Below are positions 47,183 to 62,238 of a DNA stretch of 64,000 bases, in pieces. The stretch lies in the NCBI RefSeq assembly GCF_009914755.1, contig NC_060927.1; one strand, 5' to 3'. Source of the stretch: the human T2T-CHM13v2.0 reference genome, Homo sapiens. The notes below the pieces were generated by a model that searched no databases, had not been told where the DNA came from, and saw only the letters and a program-made list of their open reading frames with translations. The translations under genes and the position numbers were made by a program. How positions within the stretch are numbered: the first letter of the stretch is position 1; every line of letters starts with the position of its first letter.

Positions 47183-47588
47183 TGCTATACTCTGAATGTT
47201 CCTCGAAATGTATGTGTTGAAATTTAATCCCCATTGTGGTGGTATTAAGAGCTGAGGCCTTTCAGGGAGTGATTAAGTCATGAGGGCATGAATTAGTGTC
47301 TTATAAAAAGGCTGGAGGGAACCAGCTTAGGCCCTTTATTGTGCTCTTCTTCTCTTCTGCCCTGTGAGTCCACAGCATTCACCCCTTTTGTGCTTCTGCC
47401 TTTCTGCCATGTAAGCACACCCAGACAGTACCATCTATGTGGAATGAACCCTCATCAGAGACTGAACCTACAAGTAGAATGTTCTTGGACTTCCTAGTCT
47501 CCAGAACTGCAAGAAATAAATTCCTGTTCTTTATACATTACTCAGTCTCCAGGTATTCTGTTATGGCAGCACCAACAATGACAACGCA
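47183..47588 (+). mobile_element. MST (MSTC-like) MaLR solo LTR
   Basis: TGCTATACTCTGAATGT..GTGTTGAAATTTAATCCCCATTGTGGTGG...CTCCAGAACTG..AGAAATAAATT. Confidence 0.78.
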
Positions 47589-48553
47589 AATATATATATT
47601 TGTGTTGTCATTATATATATATTTTATATATAACATATATATAGTATATATATATACCATTGAATAAACAAAAATATATATTGAATGAAAAAGGCCAGAT
47701 ACAAAAGAGAGCACATTACATTATTTCAATTATATAAAGTACAATTATATAAAGTGCAAGCACAGATGATACAAATCGGTGCCATTAGAAATCAGGATAG
47801 TGGTTACCCTTGGCATGGGAAGTAACTAAAAGAGAACATGAGGATAAGTCCAGGGTACTGGTAATCTTCTTTTTATTAAATAGATTACATAAGAGTGTTG
47901 TTTGTCAAAATTTAGTAAGCTATAAATTTATATGTACACTTTTCTGCATATATAATTGGTAACATATATAAAGTTTTTTTATGCTAGAAGAAAATGCTTG
48001 TAATATATATTAAATGGTTCCTAAGCATTACAGATAAAGAATTATTACAAATCAATAATAAAAATAAAATCACATAGGAGAAAATAGGCTAAGACTACAA
48101 ACACATTTTATAAGGAGGAATGCTAATGGCTAATATACATATGAAGAGATGTTTACCTAAAATTATGAGTTTTGGGTGTTAGAAAGACAGCATTTAAAAC
48201 CTGTCCGTATGACCTGCTAAAAATTACTTGATCTATCTAAAGTTTAGTTTCCTCCTCTAAAATGGAGAAAATGATGGTGCTTAACTTTGTAGGGTTGCGA
48301 GAGTTAATCAATAAAAGACAAAGTTTTGAAAACTATTTCTGCTACATAGTTAGTGCTCAGTAAAGGGTAATAGCATTTGGAGTGGCATTAGTAGATGTAG
48401 GAGAAGCACCACCAGTATTAAAGAAACAAATATAAATCTAAAAGGCAGCGCCATTTTTTAATCCATTAGATTAGCAAAAATTTAAAAGACTGATACCATT
48501 CAGAGTGTGGGGAAATAACCATGTCTTTGGTAGATGTGAGAATGGCTACCTCA

Positions 48554-48595
48554 TTTTAGATAGTAACTATATGTTTTTAGATAGTAACTATATGT
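48554..48595. repeat. Perfect 21-bp tandem duplication
   Basis: TTTTAGATAGTAACTATATGT x2. Confidence 0.95.
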
Positions 48596-48816
48596 ATATC
48601 TAATCATTACATATTTTAATATTAATTATACATTTTAACCTATATATGTATAATGATTAAAATAAATAATTTTAAGTTTTTTACCTAATAATTCCATATT
48701 GGAAACATACCCTACAGGAATAAATTAATAATAATTACTCCATGTGTTTATGTGGTAAATTCTCATTTTTGAAAGATTAAAGCACACCAATATTGAAACG
48801 ATATTGCAATGAAACT

Positions 48817-49155
48817 TGGGGATGGGGGAGGAATGAATGGGCAGAGCGCAGAGGACTTCTAGGGCAGTGAAAATACTCTGTATGATACCATAATGATAGA
48901 TACGTGTTATTCTGCATTTGTCCAAACCCACAGAATGTACAACACAAAGTCTGAACCCATGGACTTCGGGTGATTTTGATGTGTCAATGTGGGTTCATCA
49001 ATGGTAACAAATGTACCACTGTGGTGGGGGATGTTGACAGTGGTGGGAGTAACGCGTGTGGGATAGCAGGGGTATATGTTAAGTCTCTACCTTCCTCCCA
49101 TCTCTGCTGTGAATCTAAAACTTCTTTTAAAAAAATAAAGTCTTAAAAAAAAAAA
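48817..49155 (+). mobile_element. L1MC1/2-like 3' end
   Basis: GGGCAGTGAAAATACTCTGTATGATAC..TTTGTCCAAACCCACAGAATGTACAACAC..AATAAAGTCTT-poly(A). Confidence 0.75.
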
Positions 49156-49922
49156 ACCTTAGAAAATGTGGCCAGAAATGTTAAAATGAAAGAAGGAAAG
49201 GAAAATTTCCTTATGCCTTCCCACTACTTTTAGGGTTGAGTGTAAACTGCATAAGAACCCAAAAGGACCTGCTTACTTCTCCAATCTCATCCCTCGTCTC
49301 TTCACTCCACATTGCAGATAACTAACCATATTGGGTTTCTTTCACTTCCTCAATGGCACCCTGTAATCTTACATATGTGGGTCTTGCATGTGCTTTTTCT
49401 TTTCACGAAAACATCCCCTACAAGCACCTCTACTGTCTTTCACCTGATTCTTTGTCTGGGTCTCAATTTAGATGTCTTTCATCCAGAAAGCCTTTTGTGA
49501 CCTCCTTTCTGTATCATTTCCATTTCATCTCACCACTCGCACTGCTCCTGTGCTTCCGTAATACCTTAATCTTCCTATATCATAATACTTACCTTACTAT
49601 GTTATAATTTTCTAGTACTTGATTGATTAGTAGGCTATCACCTCAAAAGTTTTCTCATGCTCCTTTAAAATACTTTCCCCATAACTCTCTGTCAAGCCCC
49701 AAGCAACCAGTGATCTGTTTTCTGTCACCAAGGAGCAGTTAGTATTTTCTATAAATGGAATCATGTATTACATAGTCTTATTTGTCTGTTTTCTTTTACT
49801 TAGCTTAATTATTCTGAGATTCATCCAAGTTGTTTCTTGTATCATAGTTCATTCATTTTTATTACCAAGTGGTATTTCATTCCATTGATATACCTCAATT
49901 TGTCTATCCAGTCACAGGTTAA

Positions 49923-50296
<374 letters not shown>

Positions 50297-50563
50297 AGAA
50301 GTGTTTTTATAGACATATATTTTTGTTATTTTGGATAAATACCTAAGAGTAGAATATGTGGGTCACAGTCAGTATTTATTTATCATTTTAAGGAATTGCC
50401 AAACTGTTTTCCAAAGAGGTTGTACTATTTTATATACCCTCCAGCAGTGTATGACAGTTCCGGTTCCTCCATATCCTTGCTAACACTTGGTATTGCCAAT
50501 CTTTAAAAACTGTAGACATTCTAAAATTAGGTACGTAGTAGGGTCTTTTGTATCATTCAGTAG

Positions 50564-50879
<316 letters not shown>

Positions 50880-51661
50880 ATCATTCAGTAGTTTTAATTT
50901 GGATTTCCCTGATTATCAGTGACGCTGAACATCTTTTCTTGTGCTTGTCATCCTCCATATGTCTTCTTTGGAAGGTGTCTTTTTAAATCTTTTCCTCATT
51001 TTTTATTGAGTTGTTTGTTTTGAGTTTTGAGTGCTCTTTATATATTCTAGATTCAAGTCTGTTATCAGATATGTGATTTGCAAATATTTTCTCACATTCT
51101 GTGACTCATCTTTTTAATCTCTTACCAATGTCTTTTAAGAAACATAAGCTCTTACTGTTGATAAAGTCCCATTTATCAATATTTTCTCTTTATGGATAGT
51201 ACATGTGGTGTTAGACCTTAAAGAGCTGTTTCTGACTAAAAGTCACAAAACTTTTCTCCTGTTTTCCTCTATAGGTTTTATAGTGTTAACTTTTACATTT
51301 AAGACTATAACCATTAAGTCAGTTCATTCTAAACTGATACATGTATATGATGTGAGGTATGAATGGCATTTGGATATCCAGTTGTTGCAGCACCATTTGT
51401 TAAAAAGACTATGCTTTCCCAGTGAATTGCTTTTGCACCATTTTGAAAATCAGTTGTGATGGTCTCCATCTAGACAATATTCAGTTCCATTGCTTTATCT
51501 TAATGCCAGTTGCATACTATCTTGATTACTGTAGTTTTATAATAATTCCTAAAGACAATGTAAGTCCCCCAACATTCTTCTTGGTTTTTTTTTTCCACTT
51601 TTTTGACTATTCTAGGTTCTTTCCATTTCCAGAAAAATTTTACAAACAGCTTAGCAATTTC

Positions 51662-51948
51662 TTTTTTGGGGGGATGGGGTTTTTCTCTGTCAGTCACCCA
51701 GGCTGGAGTGCAGTGGTGTGAATATGGCTTACTGTAGCCTCACCTCCTGGGCTCAAGTGATCCTCCCACCTCAGCCTTCCGAATATCTGAGAACACAGGG
51801 GTGTGCCACTGTGTCCAGGTAATTTTTAAATTTTTTTGTGGAGACAGGGTCTCACTGTGTTGCTCAGGCTAGTGTCAAATTTCTGGGCTCAAACAATATT
51901 TTCACCTTGACCTCTCAAAGTGCTGGAATTACAGCCACCACACCAGCT
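51662..51948 (-). mobile_element. AluJ (diverged)
   Basis: J-type sequence. Confidence 0.85.
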
Positions 51949-52610
51949 TCAAAATTTCTAAAAAAGAAAAAGCCTTAATGAATTTATACATCAATTTGGG
52001 AAGAATTTATTTTCTAACAATATGGAGCCCTCTGATATGAACACAGTGAATCTCCCTATTTATTTAGGTCTTCTCTAATCTCTCTAAGCAGTGTTTTGTA
52101 GCTTTCAGGGCGTAGATCTTGCACATAATTTGTCAGGTCTATACCTAAGCATTTCTTATTTTTGATGCTATTAAATAGTATTTTTATTTTAATTTCTGAT
52201 TGTTTGTTGCTAGTATATAAAAAAATTGACTTTTGTATATTGATCTTGTATTCTACAACTCTACTAAAATTTATTAGTAATGGCCTTTTTATTGGATTTT
52301 CTCCGTAGATGATAATGTTATATTCAAATGAAGTCCATTTTACTTCAATCTTCCCAATCTAAGAGCCTTTTATTTCTCTCTCTTGCCTCATTGGCCAAGC
52401 TAGAACCTCCAGTATAATGGTGAGTAGAAATAGAGTCATCTCATCCCTGATGTTAGGGGGAAAGCATTCTATCTTTCGCCATTAAATATGATGTTAATTC
52501 TAGGTTTATCAAAGATGCGTTTTACCAGGTTGAGGGAATTCCCTGCAATTTCAAGTTTGGTTAGAGTTTTTGCCCGGCACGAATGTTGGATTTTGTCTAA
52601 TACCGTTTCT

Positions 52611-53752
<1,142 letters not shown>

Positions 53753-53957
53753 TCAAATAATTATCTCTATTGTTTGTTGCTGGTAACTTAAGATTATTAT
53801 GACCTTTTGATAAATTTATCCCATTATCATTATTAAATGACCAGTTTTATTTTTTAAAATCTACTTTGATAGTAACATAGCCACTCTAGCTTTCTTTTAG
53901 TTAGTGTTAGCATGTTATATCTTTTTTGCCTTTTAAATTTTAAACCGTGTGTGTCCG

Positions 53958-54257
53958 TTTATTTATTTATTTTGAGACAGAGTCTCATTTTGTCTCCCAG
54001 GCTGAAGTGCAGCGGTGCGATCTCGGCTCACTGCAACCTCCGCCTTTCAGGTTCAAGGGATTCTTGTGTCTCAGCCTTCTGAGTAGCTGGGACTATAGGT
54101 GTGTGCCACCACACCTGGCTAATTTCTGTGTTTTTTTAGTAGAGACGGGGTTTCATCATCTTGGCCAGGCTAGTGTTGAACTCCTGGCCTCAAGAGATCT
54201 GCCTGCCTTGGCCCCCCAGAGTGCTGGAATTATAGGCGTGAGCCACTATGCCAGGTC
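53958..54257 (-). mobile_element. AluS
   Basis: Full dimer. Confidence 0.9.
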
Positions 54258-54286
54258 TATGTCTTTATTTTTAAAGTGGATTTCTC

Positions 54287-54685
<399 letters not shown>

Positions 54686-54757
54686 ATACTTTGTTGGTTT
54701 ATTAGCTATAATTCTTTGTTGTGTTATTTTAGTGGTTGCTTTAGGGTTTGTAGTAAA

Positions 54758-55072
54758 CATCTTTCTCCCATGCTGGATGCTTCCTGACCTCGAACATCTG
54801 ACTCCAAGTTCTTCAGCTTTTGGACTCCTGGACTTACACCAGTAGTTTGCCAGCGGCTCTCGGGCCTTCGGCCACAGACTGAAGGCTGCACTGTTGGCTT
54901 CTCTGCTTTTGAGGTTTTGGGACTCGGACTGGCTTCATTGCTCCTCAGCTTGCAGATGGCCTATTGTGGGACTTCACCTTGTGATCATGTGAGTCAATAC
55001 TCCTTAATAAACTCCCTTTCATACACACATCTCTCCTATTAGTTCTGTTTCTAGAGAACCCTGACTAGTACA
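54758..55072 (+). mobile_element. MLT2A (HERV-L LTR) 3' portion
   Basis: CTCCCATGCTGGATGCTTCCTG..GGCCACAGACTGAAGGCTGCACTG..AATAAACTCCC..AGAGAACCCTGACTAGTACA. Confidence 0.85.
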
Positions 55073-55813
55073 GTTGGGTTTAAATCTACCACAGTATTAT
55101 TTGTTTTCTGTTTCTTATTCATTTCCTTTTCCTTCTTTTTGTGCCTACTTTAGATTAATTGAATATGTTTTATGATTCTTTAACTTATCACAGTTTGCCT
55201 TCAAGTGATATTATATTATACCACTTGATGCATAGGGTAATAACTCAGTTAATATGCTTCTGTTTCTCCCCTCCCAGCATTTGTGCTATAGTTATCACAT
55301 ATTTTACTTCCATGTATGTTATAAACACCACACAATTGGATGAGGGCCGCTAGAAAAAAACAAACAAACAAAAAGTAACAAAATCTTTTTTAAAAGAAAA
55401 AAACCTAGAATATCTTATTATTTTTGCTTTAAACAGTCCATTTTCTTTTAAAGAGATTTTAAAAATAAGAAAACAAGTATTTTATATTTATATTTTATAT
55501 TTACCCACGTAGCTAACATTTGTAGTGCCCTACATTTTTTTAAGTAGATTCAAATTTCCATCTGGTATCATTTTCCTTCTGCCTGAAGCATTTCTCTTAC
55601 CTTTTTTTTTTTTTTTTTTTTTTTTTGTAGCTTAGGTCTCCTGATGATGAATTCTTTTAGCTTTTGTATGTCTGAGAAAGTAATTTTACCTTTGTTTTTA
55701 AAATATGCTTTCCTTAGGTATAAAAATCTAGGTTGATGGTTTTACTTATTCTTTCAGTACTTCAAAGATGTTCTAATGTTATCCAGCTTACTTATTTTTT
55801 GTTATCATTTTTA

Positions 55814-55892
55814 TTAGGTTGGTGCAAACACAATTTAGGTTTTTTCATTAAAGGTAATTGCAAAAACCGAAATTACGTTTGCACTAACCTAA
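55814..55892. mobile_element. MADE1 (Hsmar1-derived) palindromic MITE
   Basis: TTAGGTTGGTGCAAA...TTTGCACTAACCTAA, ~80 bp, TA upstream. Confidence 0.9.
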
Positions 55893-56881
55893 CCTAATAT
55901 GTTTGTTCCTTTGCCCAGAATGTGTCCTTGTCCCCCTGACTGTTTTGATGTCTTCTTCTCTATCACTGGTTTTAAATAATTTGATTAAGATAAGCCTTGG
56001 TGTAGTTTTCTTTGCATTTTTTTGTGATTGGTTTAATTGAACTCTTTAGATTGGTGGATTATAATTTTTACCACATTTGAAATATTTTGACCTTTATTTT
56101 TTCAAATATCTTGTCTGTACCCTTCTCTCTTTCCTCTCTTTGATGCACTCCAATTACAGGCATGTTAGGCTGCTTGAAATTATCCCACAGCTCACTAAAG
56201 CTCTGTTTATTTTTCTCCAGCTTTTTATTTTTGTGTGTTTTATTTTATATCCTTTCAATCTCTATACCTCCAGGTTCACTAATCTTTTCTTCTGCAATGT
56301 ATAATATGCCACTGATCTCACCAAGTGTTTTTCAATTTCAGACATTTGTAGTTTTTATCTCTAGAAGTTCAATTTGGTTCTTTTAAAAATATCATCCATG
56401 TCTCTACTTACCATTCTCAACCTTTTTTCTAGCTTTTTGAGCATATGAAATACAGTTATAGTAACTATTTAATATCCTTGTCTACTAATTTTATCATCTG
56501 TCACTTTGAGTTGGTTTTGATTGATTTTTTTAATCTTATTGTGGGTCATATTTTCCTGCTTTTTTGAATGTCTGGCCATTTTTGATTGGGTCCTGTGCAT
56601 TTAAAATATTTTTTGTTCTGTGCTGGTTGTTAGTTTTATTACTATACATATAACTTGAGCTTTCTTCATGGATATAGTTAAGTTTCACTTCTTGTTTATA
56701 AGCCTACTTAGATTAAACCAGAGCAGCATTTAGTCCAGTACTACTTTAGCTCACTACTGAAGCAAGACCCTTCTGAGTTCTTTTCCTGATACCTCATGAA
56801 TTATGAAGTTTTCCACTTTCGTGAGTGGGAAAGGGGACAATCCTCAGTCAGGGTAAATACTGGGTATTAATACCTCTCATC

Positions 56882-57088
56882 CAGTAGTTCTCAGCTGGGA
56901 TAATTTTGCCCCATAGAGGTCATTTGACAATGTGTAGAGACACTTTTTGTTGTTACAACTGGTGGGGTAGTGCTACTGGCATCTAGTTGGTAGAAGTCAG
57001 GATATTGCTAAATATCCTATAATGCAGCTCCCACAATATAGAATTTTTTGCCTCCAAATGTCAATAGAGCTGAGGTTGAGAAATCCTG
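56882..57088. mobile_element. MER20 hAT MITE
   Basis: CAGTAGTTCTCA..TTTTGCCCC..GCTACTGGCATCTAGT..GGTAGA..GCTGAGGTTGAGAAATCCTG. Confidence 0.85.
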
Positions 57089-57426
57089 CCTAATCCTGTG
57101 GGCTTGGGGTATTTTCTTCACATGCGTGTGCTGATCAACACTCAGGTGGAGTTGAGGAAGACCCTATTCACTTCTCTAGATTTTTCTTTCTGGGCAGGTC
57201 TCTCCTCTCTGGAACTCTGCTCCAAAAACTCTAGCCATCTTGGCCTCCTCATCCTTACAGTTTTGTCTCCTCAAATCAAGAAGACTGCTGGGCTTTGTCT
57301 GGGTCCCTATCCCCATGCTAAACTGAGGCCTGGAAACTCTCCAGGCAGTAAGTTGGAGAAATATTAGGGTTTTCCTCATTCATTTCTCTTCTTTAATAGA
57401 TTACTATTTTACATTGCCTAATGGAA

Positions 57427-57429
<3 letters not shown>

Positions 57430-57473
<44 letters not shown>

Positions 57474-57500
57474 GGTTATATATATCAGATATATATATAT
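57430..57500. repeat. (TA)n microsatellite
   Basis: Read directly. Confidence 0.92.
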
Positions 57501-57540
57501 CTGATTTTTAGTTTAGTTTTTTTTTCAAGCAGAAAGTTAA

Positions 57541-57923
<383 letters not shown>

Positions 57924-58174
57924 TAAAATCATAGCATTGCTCTAGATCAGTGGTCAAAAGCTTTCCGTAGTGAAATCTTCCTCACAGGAGTATTTTGGTT
58001 ATTTAATTTTTTCAAGTAGGGTGCCAAAACTGAAAAGTAGGGGGATTTTCACATAAAAACCCAAATTTTTCAGCTATTCTTGAAACATCCTCTTTGGGGA
58101 ATCTCAAAACAACTCGAGAGTACTTAAGAGTACTCTCAAGAGTATCCTTTAGCAGTCAAGACATTGGAGGGTGA

Positions 58175-58480
58175 TAGGTGGGCTGGATTTCTTCTTCATT
58201 GCCCCCAAGCTTCACCCTTCATTCTTTTCTGTCCTGCCTTGTGCCATCCTGCCTCCTCTATAGAGGAGGCTGACCTCTATGACTGCATCAAGAGATTGTT
58301 TAGCCCTTTGGATTCTCACTGGGTTCAGCCAAACAGGGGCACTGAGGGGATTTGAGGGTGGAAGGAGAGAGTCTGGCCTCCTTCTTGCTGGTTTACTAAA
58401 GGTTGGTCAAGTTCTTCCTAAAGCTGCAGCCTTTGTCAAATGGTCTTATCCACACTACTCTCTCTTTGGATCTGGCAACC
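58175..58480 (+). mobile_element. ERVL LTR fragment (LTR33/LTR41-like)
   Basis: GGAGGCTGACCTCTATGACTGCATCAA..GGGTTCAGCCAA. Confidence 0.5.
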
Positions 58481-59326
58481 TCGCCTATGTACAAGAAAGC
58501 TGGCAAACACAGAGAAACCAAATACCTCGTGGACCTTATTGCCAGGTTAAGAATGTGACTCATACATTTTTTTTTCCCGAAACTCCGATGGGAAATAGGG
58601 CATTGCAAGGCTTGGAAATGTTTGATTGTCCTTTTCCAGTGAGTTTGTTTTTGTTGAGAGGGAAAAAGGAATGGGAGAGAGTTATTTTGAGGCATGTATC
58701 TCCAGATTAAGATTTAGTTGTATTTCTAGAGACTCTCTTCTATTTAAATTCTGTTTTTCAGTTATGTGTTTCATCAATATCATTATGATCACCTTCCATA
58801 GTCTAGTCAATTCACAGAATCTGTTTTGACAGCTCTGAACAGAAAAGTCCCTAATGGAAATATTAGATACCATCTTAACCATTTTCTCCAAGTTGTATTC
58901 TACACTCTGTAATCTCAGCTTAATGTTATTAGCTCTGGGGCACAAATACACACTCCTACATACAAGCATGTATACACATTTTTGCACACTAACTTAACTC
59001 ATGCTTCTCTGTGCTCTTCTATAACAGCTATGTAGTCTGTGTCTGTGGTCTTCTAAATATTTAGTGATGAGCACAGACTATTGGTTAATTATATCAACAA
59101 CAAGCCTTTTTACCAGAGGAACTTGAATCCTGAAAGAAGTAAAATACCAAAGATCATTCTTGGGTTTTAGATCTGTAAGATAAAGACAAAATTTGCCTGC
59201 CAAGATTAAGAAAACCAGCAAATATGTAGGGTGAAGAACATATATTCTGTGGATTCACTACCCCAAAGCTATATAGGCCAAAGTGTGCAATGAAGAAGGC
59301 ACCACTCCATGATAGGCTTAAAAAAA

Positions 59327-59659
59327 GGCTGAGTGTGGTGGCTCATGCCTATAATCTCAGTGCTTTGGGAGGCTGAAGTGGGAGGATTTTGAGCCCTGAA
59401 TTGCAAGATCAGCCTGGACAACATAGTGAGAATCCATCTCTACAAAAAAACTTTTTTTAATTAGCCAGGCATAGTGGTGTGCACCTGTAGTTCTAGCTAC
59501 TCAAGAGGCTGTGGTAGAAGGATTGTTTGAACCTAGGATTTTGAGGCTGCAGTGAGCTATGATTGTGCCTGGGTGATAAAGTGAAACCCTGTCTCAAAAA
59601 AAAAAAAAAAAAAAAAAAAAAGAAGAAGAAAAGAAGAGGAAGAAGAAAAAGAAGAAAAA
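59327..59659 (+). mobile_element. AluJ
   Basis: J-type dimer with long A/(AAG)n tail. Confidence 0.87.
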
Positions 59660-60819
59660 TTAATCATGGATACATTTGGATTTCAAATATTGTTCATCCT
59701 CTGAAAAACATAAACAATAATAAAAACTATGCTTTTGAATTTAACGTTTTCATGACTAAACATATTTCCCAAGCCTCTGAAATATTGTATGTCCAAAGTA
59801 TAGGGTCTAACCCATGATACACTGCCAAACCAATGAGTTCCTCAAGGGGCTTGGCAAACCACAAAACCATAGTGATACTTGGTTCTTGCCTCTGTATAGT
59901 GGGGTTTATAGAACTAGAGCAGTCTCTAAGGTGCCTCCCAGCTCTCCAATTCGGTGACTCAAGGAATGATGACTGATTTAGGGATTTAGGAAGAAGTGCT
60001 AGTTAACAGAAGGCTATATACTTATGGCATTAATATTGAGTCATTTCAAGAAGAAATGGTGGCAATCTAAGACCTTTGCAGGAAACATTCTGATTGCCTG
60101 AAGTTTTGCGGAATAGTCTACAATTTGGTGTCTGGGACGAGGAAGGGAACAAGATGGTGGCAATGGTATCTACATGTTCAAATCTACCCTTGTTATTCTT
60201 TGAATTTCCATGATGGTCTCTCTCAGTAACCAACTCCATTCCAGTTCTAGAAGTTCTAGGCTGTGAATTGTGGATAGTAACTTGGACTTTCCCCCGACCT
60301 TTCTCTCCCTCAGATTCCTCCCTCAATCATTTCCAAATAAAGTGGTAAAAAACCACTTCTCTTGTGGTAGATGAAATCACTCCCCTCCCTGCTTAACAAC
60401 CAAATTATTTAATAGTCCTTTTTTTAGCACTTATGATTTCCATATGATGCTCCTCCTTATGAGTTATTGAAATATATTTTTAAAGGCATCAGGAAATTGA
60501 CAATTTGCCCTGAGAGTAGAAAAACAGATGGAAACCTACTTTATCACTTTGATATGCACTGGTTTAATGTGATTTCTTAGCAATTTGGGGCATATTAGAC
60601 TGTCTTAATAAATATGTTTCATCCACTAAGTCTTACCAATTTATGCATTTTGTCCATTTTACACCTAGGTTTCTGTGTCTCATGTTCCCCAGAAGGCCTC
60701 TCTGTTTTCCTGTGATGATATATAAAGAGCAGAGATCTTGGCTTTTTGGCTTACTCTGTTTAATGTCACATTCAAAGTGTCATTGAGTAAAATTTTCTCA
60801 TGTATATGTAATTGATAAT

Positions 60820-61371
60820 AATAGCTGTACTGGAATTTACCTCCTTTGCCAACCCCTTAATGAAATAGTGGGTCTAACTGACAGTCATCAATGTACAAAG
60901 ACCTGCCCCCAAAAGAGACAACTGGACATCATGAGCCTCCTCATGGAATATTACCACCTATAAAATATTATTACTAAAAAAAAGTGGAATCTAGATCAGA
61001 TCAATAAAACACCACTTTGTTGGAAAAACAAGAATCAGAGGACTATGTTAACACTACTGAACTGCAATCAGCAAAACCAGAACCTGGAAAACTAGACAGA
61101 ACAAATGCCCCAATTTCTTCAATAAATTGCAAGGAAAAATAAAAGAGAAAAGTTGAGAGGGGAGAGTTCTAGACTGAGAGAATTAAGTGATACATCAATC
61201 ACATGTGTGGGACCTGTTTGGATCCTGATTAAAACAAACAACTGTAAGGAACAAGCAAACAAAAAGAATAACAAGAACAACTTTATGAGACAACCAGAAA
61301 AACGTACCTGGATATTTCCCGATATTCAGAAATGATTGTTGATTTTTTAGATGAGATAATAGCATGACAGT

Positions 61372-61415
<44 letters not shown>

Positions 61416-61580
61416 AAAAGAGTCCTTTTCTTTAAGGGCTGTGTACGGAAATAATTGTGGATTAGAGGACAGGAATTTCGGGATTCGTGGCAGAAAGAGT
61501 GGAGTGGGGATTACAGGAAGAAATAAGAGAGGCCATGGATTGATGGTTATTGTAGCTGGTAGTGGACACATGGGGGTCCA
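60820..61580 (+). mobile_element. L1MC4/5-like 3' region
   Basis: GAGACAACTGGACATCATGAGCCTCCT, GCAATCAGCAAAACCAGAA, GTTTGGATCCTGATT motifs. Confidence 0.55.
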
Positions 61581-61779
61581 TTGCTCTCTACTTTTTCAAA
61601 CTGCATAATATTTGTAATTATTTCTGAATTAATAAAAACTTTCCTTTGCTAATGCATCTAAGTTTACTATCATACATGTTATAAAATTAGTAATTAGTGA
61701 TACCTACTAATATTCGGAACTACTCAACAGTTTACAAAACAGTTAAATTTATAATCTCATTTCTTCCTTCTCAGTACTC

Positions 61780-61922
61780 TTTGCCGGGATAGGTGCTGTT
61801 GGAATCCCCACTTCACAGATGAGGAAATGAAGTTCAGTGAAGCTAAAGACAATGCCGCTGTAAGGGGCGGCGGACTAGAACTTAAGTCACAGAACTCCAA
61901 ATTCCAGGCTCCTTCCCCTACA
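61780..61922 (-). mobile_element. MIR
   Basis: CCCCACTTCACAGATGAGGAAA core. Confidence 0.65.
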
Positions 61923-61949
61923 CTAAAAAACTTTTAAAGAAGCGTAGGA

Positions 61950-62238
61950 GTGTGGGGCTCAGCGGCTCACACCTGTAATCCCAGCACTTTGGGAAGCCGA
62001 GACTGGTGGATCACCTGAGGTCAGGAGTTGGAGACCAGCCTGGCCAACATGGTGAAACCCAGCCTCTACCAAAAATACAAAAATCAGCCAGGTGTGGTGG
62101 CGCACGCCTGTAGTCCCAGCTACTCGGGAGGCTGAGGTAGGAGAATCACTTGAACCCGGGAGACGGAGGTTGCAGTGAGATCGCGCCACTGGGTCCTTTT
62201 TTTTCTTTCTTTTTTTTTTTTTTTTTTTTTTTGACGGA
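61950..62238 (+). mobile_element. AluS with missing 3' end, followed by an opposite-orientation tail
   Basis: Body ends ...GATCGCGCCACT (62190), then GGGTCC, a T tract (62197-62232) and GACGGA. Confidence 0.8.
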
